Positions 8,379 through 17,266 of a DNA stretch of 24,000 nt are shown piece by piece. Under the pieces are notes generated by a model. The model was not told where the DNA came from. It saw only the letters and a program-made list of their open reading frames with translations, and searched no databases. The translations under genes were made by a program, and so were the position numbers. The stretch is from Bacteroidetes bacterium endosymbiont of Geopemphigus sp. (GTDB lineage Bacteria > Bacteroidota > Bacteroidia > Flavobacteriales > Blattabacteriaceae), in assembly GCF_002904345.1 (NCBI RefSeq), contig NZ_PEIH01000005.1, forward strand, positions 92,449 through 116,448, read 5' to 3'. The first letter of the stretch is position 1. Every line of letters begins with the position of its first letter.

Positions 8379-10459
8379 GAACGTGCTGCTTGTATAGATG
8401 TAATAATAATGGTATTGTAAATATCTTCAACAGTTGCACCGCGACTTAAATCGTTTACAGGTTTTTTAAGACCCTGTAAAACAGGGCCTATAGCCAGAGT
8501 TTTGGTCTCGCGCTGCACTGCCTTGTAGGTGTTATTACCTGTATTGAGATCTGGAAATATCAACACATTGGCCTGGCCAGCTACGGAAGAATCAGGCATT
8601 TTTTGCTTTCCCACAACAGGATCAACAGCTGCATCATATTGTATGGGGCCTTCTATAAGCAACTGGGGGGTTCTGCTTTTAACTATTTCAACCGCTTTTC
8701 TTACTTTGTCCACATGTTGGCCTGAACCGGAATTTCCTGAAGAATAGGAAAGCAAAGCGATTTTTGGGTCTATGCCAAAATTCTGAGCGGTTTTGGCAGA
8801 AGCAATGGTAATATCAGCTAGTTGTTCAGGATCAGGATCAGGCACTATAGCGCAATCCCCATAAACGAGTACACGATCGTTTAAAAGCATAAAGAAAACC
8901 GAAGAAATCGTCTTAACGCCCGGACTTGTTTTAATAAACTGAAGAGCTGGACGAATAGTATGCGCTGTGGTGTGTACAGCGCCCGAAACCATTCCATCAG
9001 CCAAACCTTTATAGACCATCATAGTACCAAAATAAGAGACATCCAGCATAAGATCGTAAGCCTGATCGTATTGCAGGCCTTTTTCCTTTCTTAACTGGAA
9101 TAAAGTATTTGAAAAATCTTCATTACAAAGCGCGACAGAGGGATCTGTAAGCGAAATACGATCCTCATCCCAGGGAAGTCCGAGACGATTGAATTCACTA
9201 AGGATTTTTTTAGGAGAGCCTAAAAGGGTGATGTTTCCAAGTTTCTCACTGGTAAAAAGCGAAGCGGCACGCAAAATGCGCTCTTCCAGACCTTCTGGAA
9301 GAACGATATGTTTTTGCGCTTCCCTGCTCTTTTTTAGTAAATTGTACCGGAACATATGAAGCGTGATAGAAGAGGACTGGAAAGCGGCAATTTTTTTCTC
9401 GATCAAAGGACTGTTGACGTATTCTTCAAAAAGATTAATGCTCCGTTGTATCTTAATGATATTATCAGGATAAATTCGGGGCTTGATACTAGCCACTCTT
9501 TGCGTAGTTTCAAAAGTATCTGTGTCAACTGCTAAAATAGGAACAGCATGGAGGAAGCCTTTCATGAGTTTTAGTAGGTTCTCTTCAGGAAAAGTCCCGC
9601 CGGTAAGAAGGATACCTGCTACATGCGCATAAGTAACGGAAGCGTTGGCCAATATAGTAGCGCAAATTAAATCGGCTCGATCTCCGGAAGTAATCACCAG
9701 AGAATCCTCCTCAATTCGTGTAAGATAATGACTTAGCTGCATAGCCCCTATGATAGAGGTCATCGCTATTTTATTCAAATCCTCGGCTTTACCTGTGATA
9801 AGGCTTGCCTTAAGTTCGTTTTTTAACTCTCTAAGGGTAGGTTTGCTCAACAAAGGTTCAGGTGGAATAGTGACCAAAATTATTTCTGAAGGCAGTCTGT
9901 TTTTTAAATATTTATTGATTTCTTTAGTGGAAATATGCGTTTTATTCACTACTATCATAATCACGTTTCTCTCTATGCTCTCTTGTTCTATAAGCACATG
10001 ATCAGCAAGTGCATCAGCTGTTTTTTTCTCACCGTTAACTACCAGAATCACAGGTAAATGAAGATTTTTGGCTACCGAATTATTAAGATCAAAGTCAAAT
10101 GAACTACTCTCATTAAAGAAATCAGGTCCTTCTACTACCACAAAATCAAAACGCTCCTCGAGCTTTTTATACTTACTGAAAATTTGATCAAAAAGTCTGT
10201 TTTTTTTGCCTGCATTGTATAATGCAACGGCCTCATCACGTTTAAACCCATAAGCCTCTTCATATTGCATAATCAGCTGAAAATGATCTAATACCGTAGT
10301 GATATGATCATCTTTTTGGCTATGGCTGAACTGTTCAATAATAGGTCGAAAAAAAGCCACACGCACGGTTTTTTTCATGATCGCCTGCATAATCCCGAGG
10401 GTAACTAAGAATTTTCCGCTGTCGGGATCTGTAGTGAATATAAATACGGATTGATTCAT
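8375..10459 (-). CDS. pta: Phosphate acetyltransferase, long form with an N-terminal regulatory region
   Basis: 694-aa ORF. The N-terminal region of about 350 aa resembles the long E. coli-type Pta. The C-terminal PTA_PTB catalytic domain shows IVLPEG, GLADGMVSGAVHTTAHT, GDCAIVPDPDPEQLA and LIFPDLNTGNNTYK. Confidence 0.93.
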   Translation of the reverse strand: MNQSVFIFTTDPDSGKFLVTLGIMQAIMKKTVRVAFFRPIIEQFSHSQKDDHITTVLDHFQLIMQYEEAYGFKRDEAVALYNAGKKNRLFDQIFSKYKKLEERFDFVVVEGPDFFNESSSFDFDLNNSVAKNLHLPVILVVNGEKKTADALADHVLIEQESIERNVIMIVVNKTHISTKEINKYLKNRLPSEIILVTIPPEPLLSKPTLRELKNELKASLITGKAEDLNKIAMTSIIGAMQLSHYLTRIEEDSLVITSGDRADLICATILANASVTYAHVAGILLTGGTFPEENLLKLMKGFLHAVPILAVDTDTFETTQRVASIKPRIYPDNIIKIQRSINLFEEYVNSPLIEKKIAAFQSSSITLHMFRYNLLKKSREAQKHIVLPEGLEERILRAASLFTSEKLGNITLLGSPKKILSEFNRLGLPWDEDRISLTDPSVALCNEDFSNTLFQLRKEKGLQYDQAYDLMLDVSYFGTMMVYKGLADGMVSGAVHTTAHTIRPALQFIKTSPGVKTISSVFFMLLNDRVLVYGDCAIVPDPDPEQLADITIASAKTAQNFGIDPKIALLSYSSGNSGSGQHVDKVRKAVEIVKSRTPQLLIEGPIQYDAAVDPVVGKQKMPDSSVAGQANVLIFPDLNTGNNTYKAVQRETKTLAIGPVLQGLKKPVNDLSRGATVEDIYNTIIITSIQAARS

Positions 10460-10489
10460 AAAGAGTAAGAAATATCTACAGTTAGAATT

Positions 10490-11731
10490 TTAAAAAACTG
10501 CTTTTAAAAATAGATAAGCACATTCTATAAGTTGCGCTTTAGTAATAGTCAAAGGAGGCGCCAGATGTATAATATTGCTATGCATGGGCTTAGCCAAAAG
10601 ACCTTTAAGTTTAAGATCAAGACAAATTTTCCACGCCAGTTCACTCTCTTCAGGAGAATTGACCACCAAAGCGTTCAAAAGACCTTTACCGCGAACACTT
10701 TTAATAATAGAATACTCCTGAATAAACTTTTGCATTTCTTCCCGAAAGAACTCGTCCAAAATTCTTGCATTTTCCGCTAGTTGTTCTTTTTCAATCACGT
10801 TAAGCGCAGTTAAGGCTACAGCGCATGCCAGCGAATTTCCTCCAAAAGTAGAGCCGTGTTGGCCAGGGCGAATCACTTCCATAATAGCATCATTGGCCAA
10901 TACTTTGGCCAATGCTTCGGAAATAGGATATACCCCTCCTGATAAAGTCTTCCCAAGAATCAATACATCAACTTGTATGCCTTCGTAATCACAAGCCAGC
11001 ATTTTTCCAGTATGCCCTATTCCGGTCTGTACCTCATCGGCGATGAGCAATACATTATCCGCTTTACATAAGCGTTGACATTCTTTTAGATAACCTGACT
11101 GAGGAACTATTACACCCGCTTCTCCTTGTATGGGTTCTAAAAGAAAACCCGCTACATTTGGATAGCGCCCTAATGCTTCTTCTAAGGCTCTCGAGTCATC
11201 ATAGGGAATGCTTAAAAAACCGGGCATATAAGGACCATAATGCGCATAAGCTTGCGAATCGGATGAAAATGATATAATCCCCGAGGTACGACCGTGAAAA
11301 TTATTTTTACACACAATAATAAGTGACTGATTACCACATATATTTTTTTTCTCGTAGCCCCATTTTCTACAGAGCTTTAAAGAGATCTCTACAGCCTCAG
11401 CACCGGTATTCATAGGAAGAACCTTATCAAATCCAAAATGCTCAGTAATGCGCTTTTCATAAACACTGATTTGATGGTTATAAAAATCCAGGGACGTAAG
11501 CGTAATCTTTTTAGCCTGTTCTTTTAGGGCGTTGATGATCTCAGGATGAGAATTCCATTGATTTACAGATGAATAAGATGATAAAAAATCATAATACCAC
11601 TTACCCTCCACATCCCATACGAAAACACCTTCGCCTTTTTCCAGGACGACAGGCATAGGGTGGTAATTATAAGCTCCGTATTTTTCTTCCAGCGCTATAT
11701 AATCCAAGGCGTTTGAAGTCTTTTGATTCAT
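10490..11731 (-). CDS. rocD: Ornithine aminotransferase-family PLP enzyme (class III aminotransferase) with atypical residues at conserved positions
   Basis: 413-aa ORF that aligns along its full length with ornithine delta-aminotransferases. Shared motifs: YGAYNYHPMPVVLEKGEG, MNTGAEAVE, NFHGRT, EPIQGEAGV, IADEVQTG, GKTLSGG (PLP lysine), HGSTFGGN, VRGKGLLNA, LAPPL. The deviations are listed in the findings. Confidence 0.8.
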   Translation of the reverse strand: MNQKTSNALDYIALEEKYGAYNYHPMPVVLEKGEGVFVWDVEGKWYYDFLSSYSSVNQWNSHPEIINALKEQAKKITLTSLDFYNHQISVYEKRITEHFGFDKVLPMNTGAEAVEISLKLCRKWGYEKKNICGNQSLIIVCKNNFHGRTSGIISFSSDSQAYAHYGPYMPGFLSIPYDDSRALEEALGRYPNVAGFLLEPIQGEAGVIVPQSGYLKECQRLCKADNVLLIADEVQTGIGHTGKMLACDYEGIQVDVLILGKTLSGGVYPISEALAKVLANDAIMEVIRPGQHGSTFGGNSLACAVALTALNVIEKEQLAENARILDEFFREEMQKFIQEYSIIKSVRGKGLLNALVVNSPEESELAWKICLDLKLKGLLAKPMHSNIIHLAPPLTITKAQLIECAYLFLKAVF

Positions 11732-11745
11732 TTAAAATGATATAA

Positions 11746-12690
11746 TTAATTAATACCCAAGAGGTATCTTTCAAGATCCAACGCTGCCATGCAGCCACTA
11801 CCCGCTGAGGTGATGGCCTGTCGATAAATCGAATCTTGCACATCGCCTGCGGCAAAAACCCCTGGAATATTTGTTTTTGTGCTTGCTTTTTCAGTGATTA
11901 TATAACCTGATGAATCTAAAGTAATTTGTCTCTTAAAGACATCGGTATTGGGATGGTGACCTATAGCTAAAAAAAGCCCGTCAACGGGCAATGTTTTTTC
12001 CTGCTGGTTTTGGTTATTAATCACCCGAATGGCCTCGACAAATTTTTCACCAAGTACTTCTTTAACTTCATGATGAAAATGGATCTCTAAATTAGAGATT
12101 CTCTCTGCGCGATGTTGCATCGCCTTTGAAGCCTTGAACTGGCCTTTGCGCACCAAAAGGTAAACCTTACTGCAAAGTTTCGAAAGATACATAGCCTCTT
12201 CAAGAGCCGTATCACCTCCTCCGATAACGGCCACTACTTTCCCCTTATAAAAAAAACCATCGCAAGTAGCGCAAGTGGATACTCCCGCTCCTTTTAATCG
12301 TTCTTCACTTTCCAAGCCAAGATATTTAGCGCTGGCGCCTGTAGCGATGATCACTCCTTTGGTCTGTATTTGCTCTTGATTTTCGGTGTACAATTTATGA
12401 ACACCTCCTTTTTTACCGGAAAATTCAACACTCATAATGGTTTGTTCCTTGATAAGGGCGCCGAAACGCTCAGCCTGTTTTTTAAAATCTTCCATCAACT
12501 GCGGGCCGCTAACTCCCTGCGGATATCCTGGATAATTATCTACTTCAGTAGTTGTGGTAAGCTGTCCGCCGGGTTCGGGACCTACATACAATATAAGTTT
12601 AAGATCAGCACGCGCGGTGTATATGGCAGCAGAATAACCTGCGGGACCAGAACCTACAATGATACAATCAAAAATAGAATGTACTGACAT
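11746..12690 (-). CDS. trxB: Thioredoxin-disulfide reductase
   Basis: 314-aa ORF. FAD motif IIVGSGPAGYSAAIY, redox-active CATCDG, NADPH motif VIGGGDTALEEAMYL, C-terminal FAAGDVQD. Confidence 0.95.
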   Translation of the reverse strand: MSVHSIFDCIIVGSGPAGYSAAIYTARADLKLILYVGPEPGGQLTTTTEVDNYPGYPQGVSGPQLMEDFKKQAERFGALIKEQTIMSVEFSGKKGGVHKLYTENQEQIQTKGVIIATGASAKYLGLESEERLKGAGVSTCATCDGFFYKGKVVAVIGGGDTALEEAMYLSKLCSKVYLLVRKGQFKASKAMQHRAERISNLEIHFHHEVKEVLGEKFVEAIRVINNQNQQEKTLPVDGLFLAIGHHPNTDVFKRQITLDSSGYIITEKASTKTNIPGVFAAGDVQDSIYRQAITSAGSGCMAALDLERYLLGIN

Positions 12691-12707
12691 AAAACAAGGT
12701 TTTCACG

Positions 12708-12715
12708 CAAAGGTA
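12708..12715 (-). promoter_or_regulatory. Bacteroidota sigma-A -7 box candidate (TACCTTTG) upstream of trxB
   Basis: Matches TAnnTTTG on the minus strand and ends 17 nt upstream of the trxB ATG. No clean -33 TTG sits at canonical spacing. Confidence 0.35.
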
Positions 12716-12758
12716 TTCAATCTAAGGGCGAGACAGAAATCACAAGCCAATGCTAGAT

Positions 12759-13763
12759 TTATATAAAAATCTTGTAGGTGAGCTCCTGCAAAATGCTATG
12801 CTCAGGTATATAAGGACAATCGATTCCTTTAACCTGTCTATCAGCCTCACGAAGGTAAGAAAAGACTTTTAAGCTTTTAGTCAACGAATAATGATAAGCG
12901 GCCTTTTCATAGTCTTTTATAAAATAGGGCGGTACATTTAATATTTTGGAAAGATTCGCCTGTTTATCAGGTACGCTAAGATGGTATTTTACCAGGTTTA
13001 CAAAAAATCGATATATCGTATTGATCAAAAGAACTACGGGATATTCTTTTGGATTTTTTCCAAAATGCCAAGCGATCTCCTGAGCTCTGTGAAAATTTTT
13101 CTCAGCGATAGCTTTTTGCCACTCAAAAGGATTGAAACGCTTGCTTATGCCTGTATATTGCGCTATAACCTCAGTGGTGATTTCAGCGCCTTCGGACAAA
13201 ACTAAATAAATTTTCTCCAGCTCACGGGCAAGAGTAGACAAGGAAGTCCCGGAATGTTCAGCTAACAGATGCCGCGCCTGCAGGCCTATACGACGTTTCA
13301 TAGATCGCGCTTGATGCTCAATCCAATCAGGAATTTGATATTCAGGGTATTTTTTGCTTTCGAACAACACTCCTTCCTGCTGTATAAGCTTGCAGATTTT
13401 CTGGCGTCTATCGAGTACTTTATTCTTATAGCAAATCACCAATAAAGTGCTTTTAAGAGGCGCTTGGATATAACCAGACAGTTTTTCTATGGTCTTTGAG
13501 AGCAACTGAGCTTCTTTAATAATAAGAACTGTATAAGGGCTCATCATAGGGTAGCGTTTGGCTTGTGCTATAAGATTAGGTATATCGATTTCCCCAGCGT
13601 AGAGGATCGTTTGATTGAAAGCTTTTTCCTCTTGAGAGAGAACATTTTTTTCTATGAAATCACTGATCAGGTCGATATAATAGGACTCTTCGCCCATTAA
13701 AAAATAAATAGGTTTGTATTTTTTCTCTTTTAATCCGGTGAGGATTTGTTCAGGCGTTTCCAT
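12759..13763 (-). CDS. holA: DNA polymerase III delta subunit
   Basis: 334-aa ORF. The N-terminus (KKYKPIYFLMGEESYYIDLISDFIE) and overall length match Bacteroidota HolA. The family is weakly conserved, so this call is less certain than the enzyme calls. Confidence 0.75.
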   Translation of the reverse strand: METPEQILTGLKEKKYKPIYFLMGEESYYIDLISDFIEKNVLSQEEKAFNQTILYAGEIDIPNLIAQAKRYPMMSPYTVLIIKEAQLLSKTIEKLSGYIQAPLKSTLLVICYKNKVLDRRQKICKLIQQEGVLFESKKYPEYQIPDWIEHQARSMKRRIGLQARHLLAEHSGTSLSTLARELEKIYLVLSEGAEITTEVIAQYTGISKRFNPFEWQKAIAEKNFHRAQEIAWHFGKNPKEYPVVLLINTIYRFFVNLVKYHLSVPDKQANLSKILNVPPYFIKDYEKAAYHYSLTKSLKVFSYLREADRQVKGIDCPYIPEHSILQELTYKIFI

Positions 13764-13785
13764 AAATTTTTAAGAGCTTTACCTT

Positions 13786-14241
13786 ATGGTTGTATTAAAT
13801 TTTTCGAATTACTCTTTTCGGTACCGAACTGAAAAAGGCAAAGCCTATATTTTTTGCCTTAGTCGAAAAAAGTTTCTCCGCTTAAGTCCCGAAGAATGGG
13901 TACGTCAACATGTTTTACACTACCTGATCACGGAAAAAAAATATCCTTTAGTGGCTATAAAAACCGAATTCCTACTCTTGTTCAACGGCTTAAAAAAGCG
14001 CGCCGATGTGGTTATTTATAGAAGAGAAAAACCGCTCATCCTTATAGAATGCAAAGCGCCTCATATTCCACTTACAAAAAAGGTTCTTGAACAAATAAGT
14101 CGATACAATTTTCAATTGAATTGTCCTTATTTAATGCTTACCAATGGTATACAACATGTTTTTTGCCAGATCGATGAGACTAACCAGAGGCTTTGCTTTC
14201 TTGAGACGCTCCCTGAGGCTCCGAATCTTTTAAGGGCTTGA
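13786..14241 (+). CDS. HsdR N-terminal-domain-like small protein (stand-alone PD-(D/E)xK nuclease fold)
   Basis: 151-aa ORF. LSPEEWVRQHVLHYLITEKKYP followed by KRADVVIY ... LILIECKAP gives a D...ExK pattern, then RYNFQL...YLMLTNG. This resembles the small HsdR_N-family proteins I recall next to holA in Flavobacteriia and Cytophagia. No hsdM or hsdS gene is nearby. Confidence 0.7.
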   Translation: MVVLNFSNYSFRYRTEKGKAYIFCLSRKKFLRLSPEEWVRQHVLHYLITEKKYPLVAIKTEFLLLFNGLKKRADVVIYRREKPLILIECKAPHIPLTKKVLEQISRYNFQLNCPYLMLTNGIQHVFCQIDETNQRLCFLETLPEAPNLLRA

Positions 14242-15097
14242 GTTTTGGAATAATATGTATGGCGTGATAGCGCACGAGATTGTCTATAGGATTTTTAATA
14301 ATTTCACCAATTTTAAGATGGTATTCCGAGGCTACAGCTGCCAGTGTATCTTCATAAAAATGCGCTATAGATCCGATAAAATTAAGTTCTACGCTTTTCG
14401 CTTGTGGATATACCAGCACTTGATTGATCATAAACTCATTAAGTGAGTCGTAGATAATTTTCTGAATAAAAGGTTCATGTTTGTAATCAATGACAAAACG
14501 ACTGAAAGAGGCTAGATAAGCATTGGCAAATTTATTATCGTAAACGTTTTTATTGAGTTCTTTTAAGGTAAGGTTAAAACGCTCCTTAAAAGTCCGAGAA
14601 AGGCGTTTGGGCATCTTTTTTAAGAAATAAGACCTGATGATGCGTTTGCCCAAGTTACTTCCACTTCCCTCATCGCCTAATATAAAAGCCAAAGAAGGAG
14701 TTTCCTCATAAAGCTTTCGGCCATCAAAATAACAAGAGTTAGAGCCGGTGCCTAATATGCATACAATAGCGGGGCGATTACGATAAGCCGAATAAGCCGC
14801 CGCCAAAAGATCATGTTCAATACGAATTTTAGATTTTTTAAAAATTTGCGCTAAACCTTTTTCCAATACTTTATTATATTCAGAAGTAGAGCAACCCGCA
14901 CCGTAAAAAAATATATGAGAAATCATTGAAGCTTGTTTCATAAGATCCTGGTTTTTACTGATTTCATCGGCGATATCTTCGCTGCTTACGAAATAAGGAT
15001 TCATACCTATGGTCTTAGTTCTAAATTGCTCCATTCCTTCAGAATCTACGATCAACCAATCACTTTTGGTAGATCCGCTGTCAATGATGGCTATCAT
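14180..15097 (-). CDS. BadF/BadG/BcrA/BcrD-type ATPase, N-acetylglucosamine-kinase-like sugar kinase
   Basis: 305-aa ORF. ASKHA-fold phosphate-1 motif MIAIIDSGSTKSDW, then FFYGAGCS, ILGTGSNS and LGDEGSG. The C-terminal tail of about 20 aa is low complexity and overlaps the converging gene. Confidence 0.7.
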   Translation of the reverse strand: MIAIIDSGSTKSDWLIVDSEGMEQFRTKTIGMNPYFVSSEDIADEISKNQDLMKQASMISHIFFYGAGCSTSEYNKVLEKGLAQIFKKSKIRIEHDLLAAAYSAYRNRPAIVCILGTGSNSCYFDGRKLYEETPSLAFILGDEGSGSNLGKRIIRSYFLKKMPKRLSRTFKERFNLTLKELNKNVYDNKFANAYLASFSRFVIDYKHEPFIQKIIYDSLNEFMINQVLVYPQAKSVELNFIGSIAHFYEDTLAAVASEYHLKIGEIIKNPIDNLVRYHAIHIIPKLKPLKDSEPQGASQESKASG

Positions 15098-15136
15098 AAG
15101 TATAGAAAATAAAAATCATTCATTTATTAATAACAT

Positions 15137-15169
15137 AAAATTCAGTAGGCGTTTTGCCTACTGAATTTT
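15137..15169 (-). terminator. Rho-independent terminator downstream of gap (bidirectional in form)
   Basis: Perfect 14-bp inverted repeat: AAAATTCAGTAGGC (15137-15150) and GCCTACTGAATTTT (15156-15169), with a 5-nt loop. It starts 5 nt after the gap stop codon. On the minus strand the stem is followed by UUUUAUGUUAUU. Confidence 0.75.
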
Positions 15170-15173
15170 TAAT

Positions 15174-16184
<1,011 letters not shown>

Positions 16185-16200
16185 TTATTTTTTTAATGTT

Positions 16201-17178
16201 TTATACCGCTATGATATCTGCTATCTTGATAAGATCCTCGTTGATTTCATTCTTTTTTCGAATCGCCTCTTCAAAGAGAGTGAAGATAATTTTATTACCC
16301 CTGATACCTACCATAATATCTCGTTTTCCTTTTATAATTGACTCTACGGCGGCTACTCCAAGACGACTAGCCAATACGCGATCATAGCAACTGGGATTTC
16401 CCCCGCGTTGTACGTGTCCCAATATGGAAACGCGGATATCATAATCAGGATACTTCATCCCTGTGGCCTTAGCTAAATCGTATACTCCACCGAGTTTCTC
16501 TCCTTCCGCCACCACAATAATGCTGGAGGATTTTCCTTCTTTATTTCCACGTTCTATGGAGGTAAAAAGCTGATCGAGATTGTAATCTTTTTCAGGAATC
16601 AAAATATCGAGAGCCCCCGTAGCAATTCCGCTATTTAAAGCGATAAAACCAGCATCACGACCCATCACTTCCACAAAAAAAAGTCGGTTATGCGACGTAG
16701 CTGTATCTCTGATCTTATCGATGGCTTCTATAACTGTATTTAAAGCTGTGTCATAACCTACGGTAAAATCCGTTCCGTAAATATCATTATCTATAGTTCC
16801 GGGTATGCCGACAACAGGTATATCATATTCACTTCCGAATACCCTAGCGCCAGTAAAAGAGCCATCTCCTCCAATAATGATCAAGGCGTCGATCTGATGT
16901 TTTTTTAGATTTTCATAAGCTTTTTTTCGTCCCTGAGCAGTTTTGAATTCTTTTGAGCGGGCGGTTTTCAAAAAAGTTCCCCCGCGATTGATAATATTTT
17001 TAACATCTCTAGCGCCCAGTTCAAGCAAATCATTTTCAATAAGACCTTGATAACCTAATCGAATGCCTAAACATTCAAGCTCATGGTGCGTTGCTGCGCG
17101 CACTACGGAACGAATAGCAGCATTCATACCCGGAGCATCTCCCCCAGAGGTCATCACTCCTAATTTTTTTATTATCAT
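16201..17178 (-). CDS. pfkA: ATP-dependent 6-phosphofructokinase
   Basis: Motifs: MIIKKLGVMTSGGDAPGMNAAIR, IGGDGSFTGA, PGTIDNDI, MGRDAGF, GHVQRGG. The ORF is open to an ATG at 17208 (10 extra codons, MRILTKDVNH). Alignment with canonical PfkA N-termini favours the ATG at 17176-17178. Confidence 0.9.
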   Translation of the reverse strand: MIIKKLGVMTSGGDAPGMNAAIRSVVRAATHHELECLGIRLGYQGLIENDLLELGARDVKNIINRGGTFLKTARSKEFKTAQGRKKAYENLKKHQIDALIIIGGDGSFTGARVFGSEYDIPVVGIPGTIDNDIYGTDFTVGYDTALNTVIEAIDKIRDTATSHNRLFFVEVMGRDAGFIALNSGIATGALDILIPEKDYNLDQLFTSIERGNKEGKSSSIIVVAEGEKLGGVYDLAKATGMKYPDYDIRVSILGHVQRGGNPSCYDRVLASRLGVAAVESIIKGKRDIMVGIRGNKIIFTLFEEAIRKKNEINEDLIKIADIIAV

Positions 17179-17227
17179 ATGATTTACATCCTTTGTCAAA
17201 ATTCTCATGAGAGAATCTCTCGGATGA

Positions 17228-17235
17228 CAAAACTA
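17228..17235 (-). promoter_or_regulatory. -7 box candidate (TAGTTTTG) upstream of pfkA
   Basis: Matches TAnnTTTG on the minus strand. It ends 19 nt upstream of the ATG at 17208 and 49 nt upstream of the ATG at 17178. Confidence 0.35.
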
Positions 17236-17266
17236 AGTATTTTATAACATTTATTAAGATCGGTGA

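Noticed and set aside
13786-14241. HsdR-like annotation as evidence for a type I restriction-modification or defence locus
   Set aside because: Only the small N-terminal nuclease-like domain is present. There is no helicase or ATPase part, no hsdM and no hsdS, and the neighbours are core genes.
17179-17208. 10-codon N-terminal extension of pfkA (MRILTKDVNH)
   Set aside because: Canonical PfkA proteins begin at the MIKKIGVLTSGGD-equivalent position, which matches the ATG at 17176-17178. The extension cannot be excluded, because the -7 box candidate lies upstream of both ATGs.
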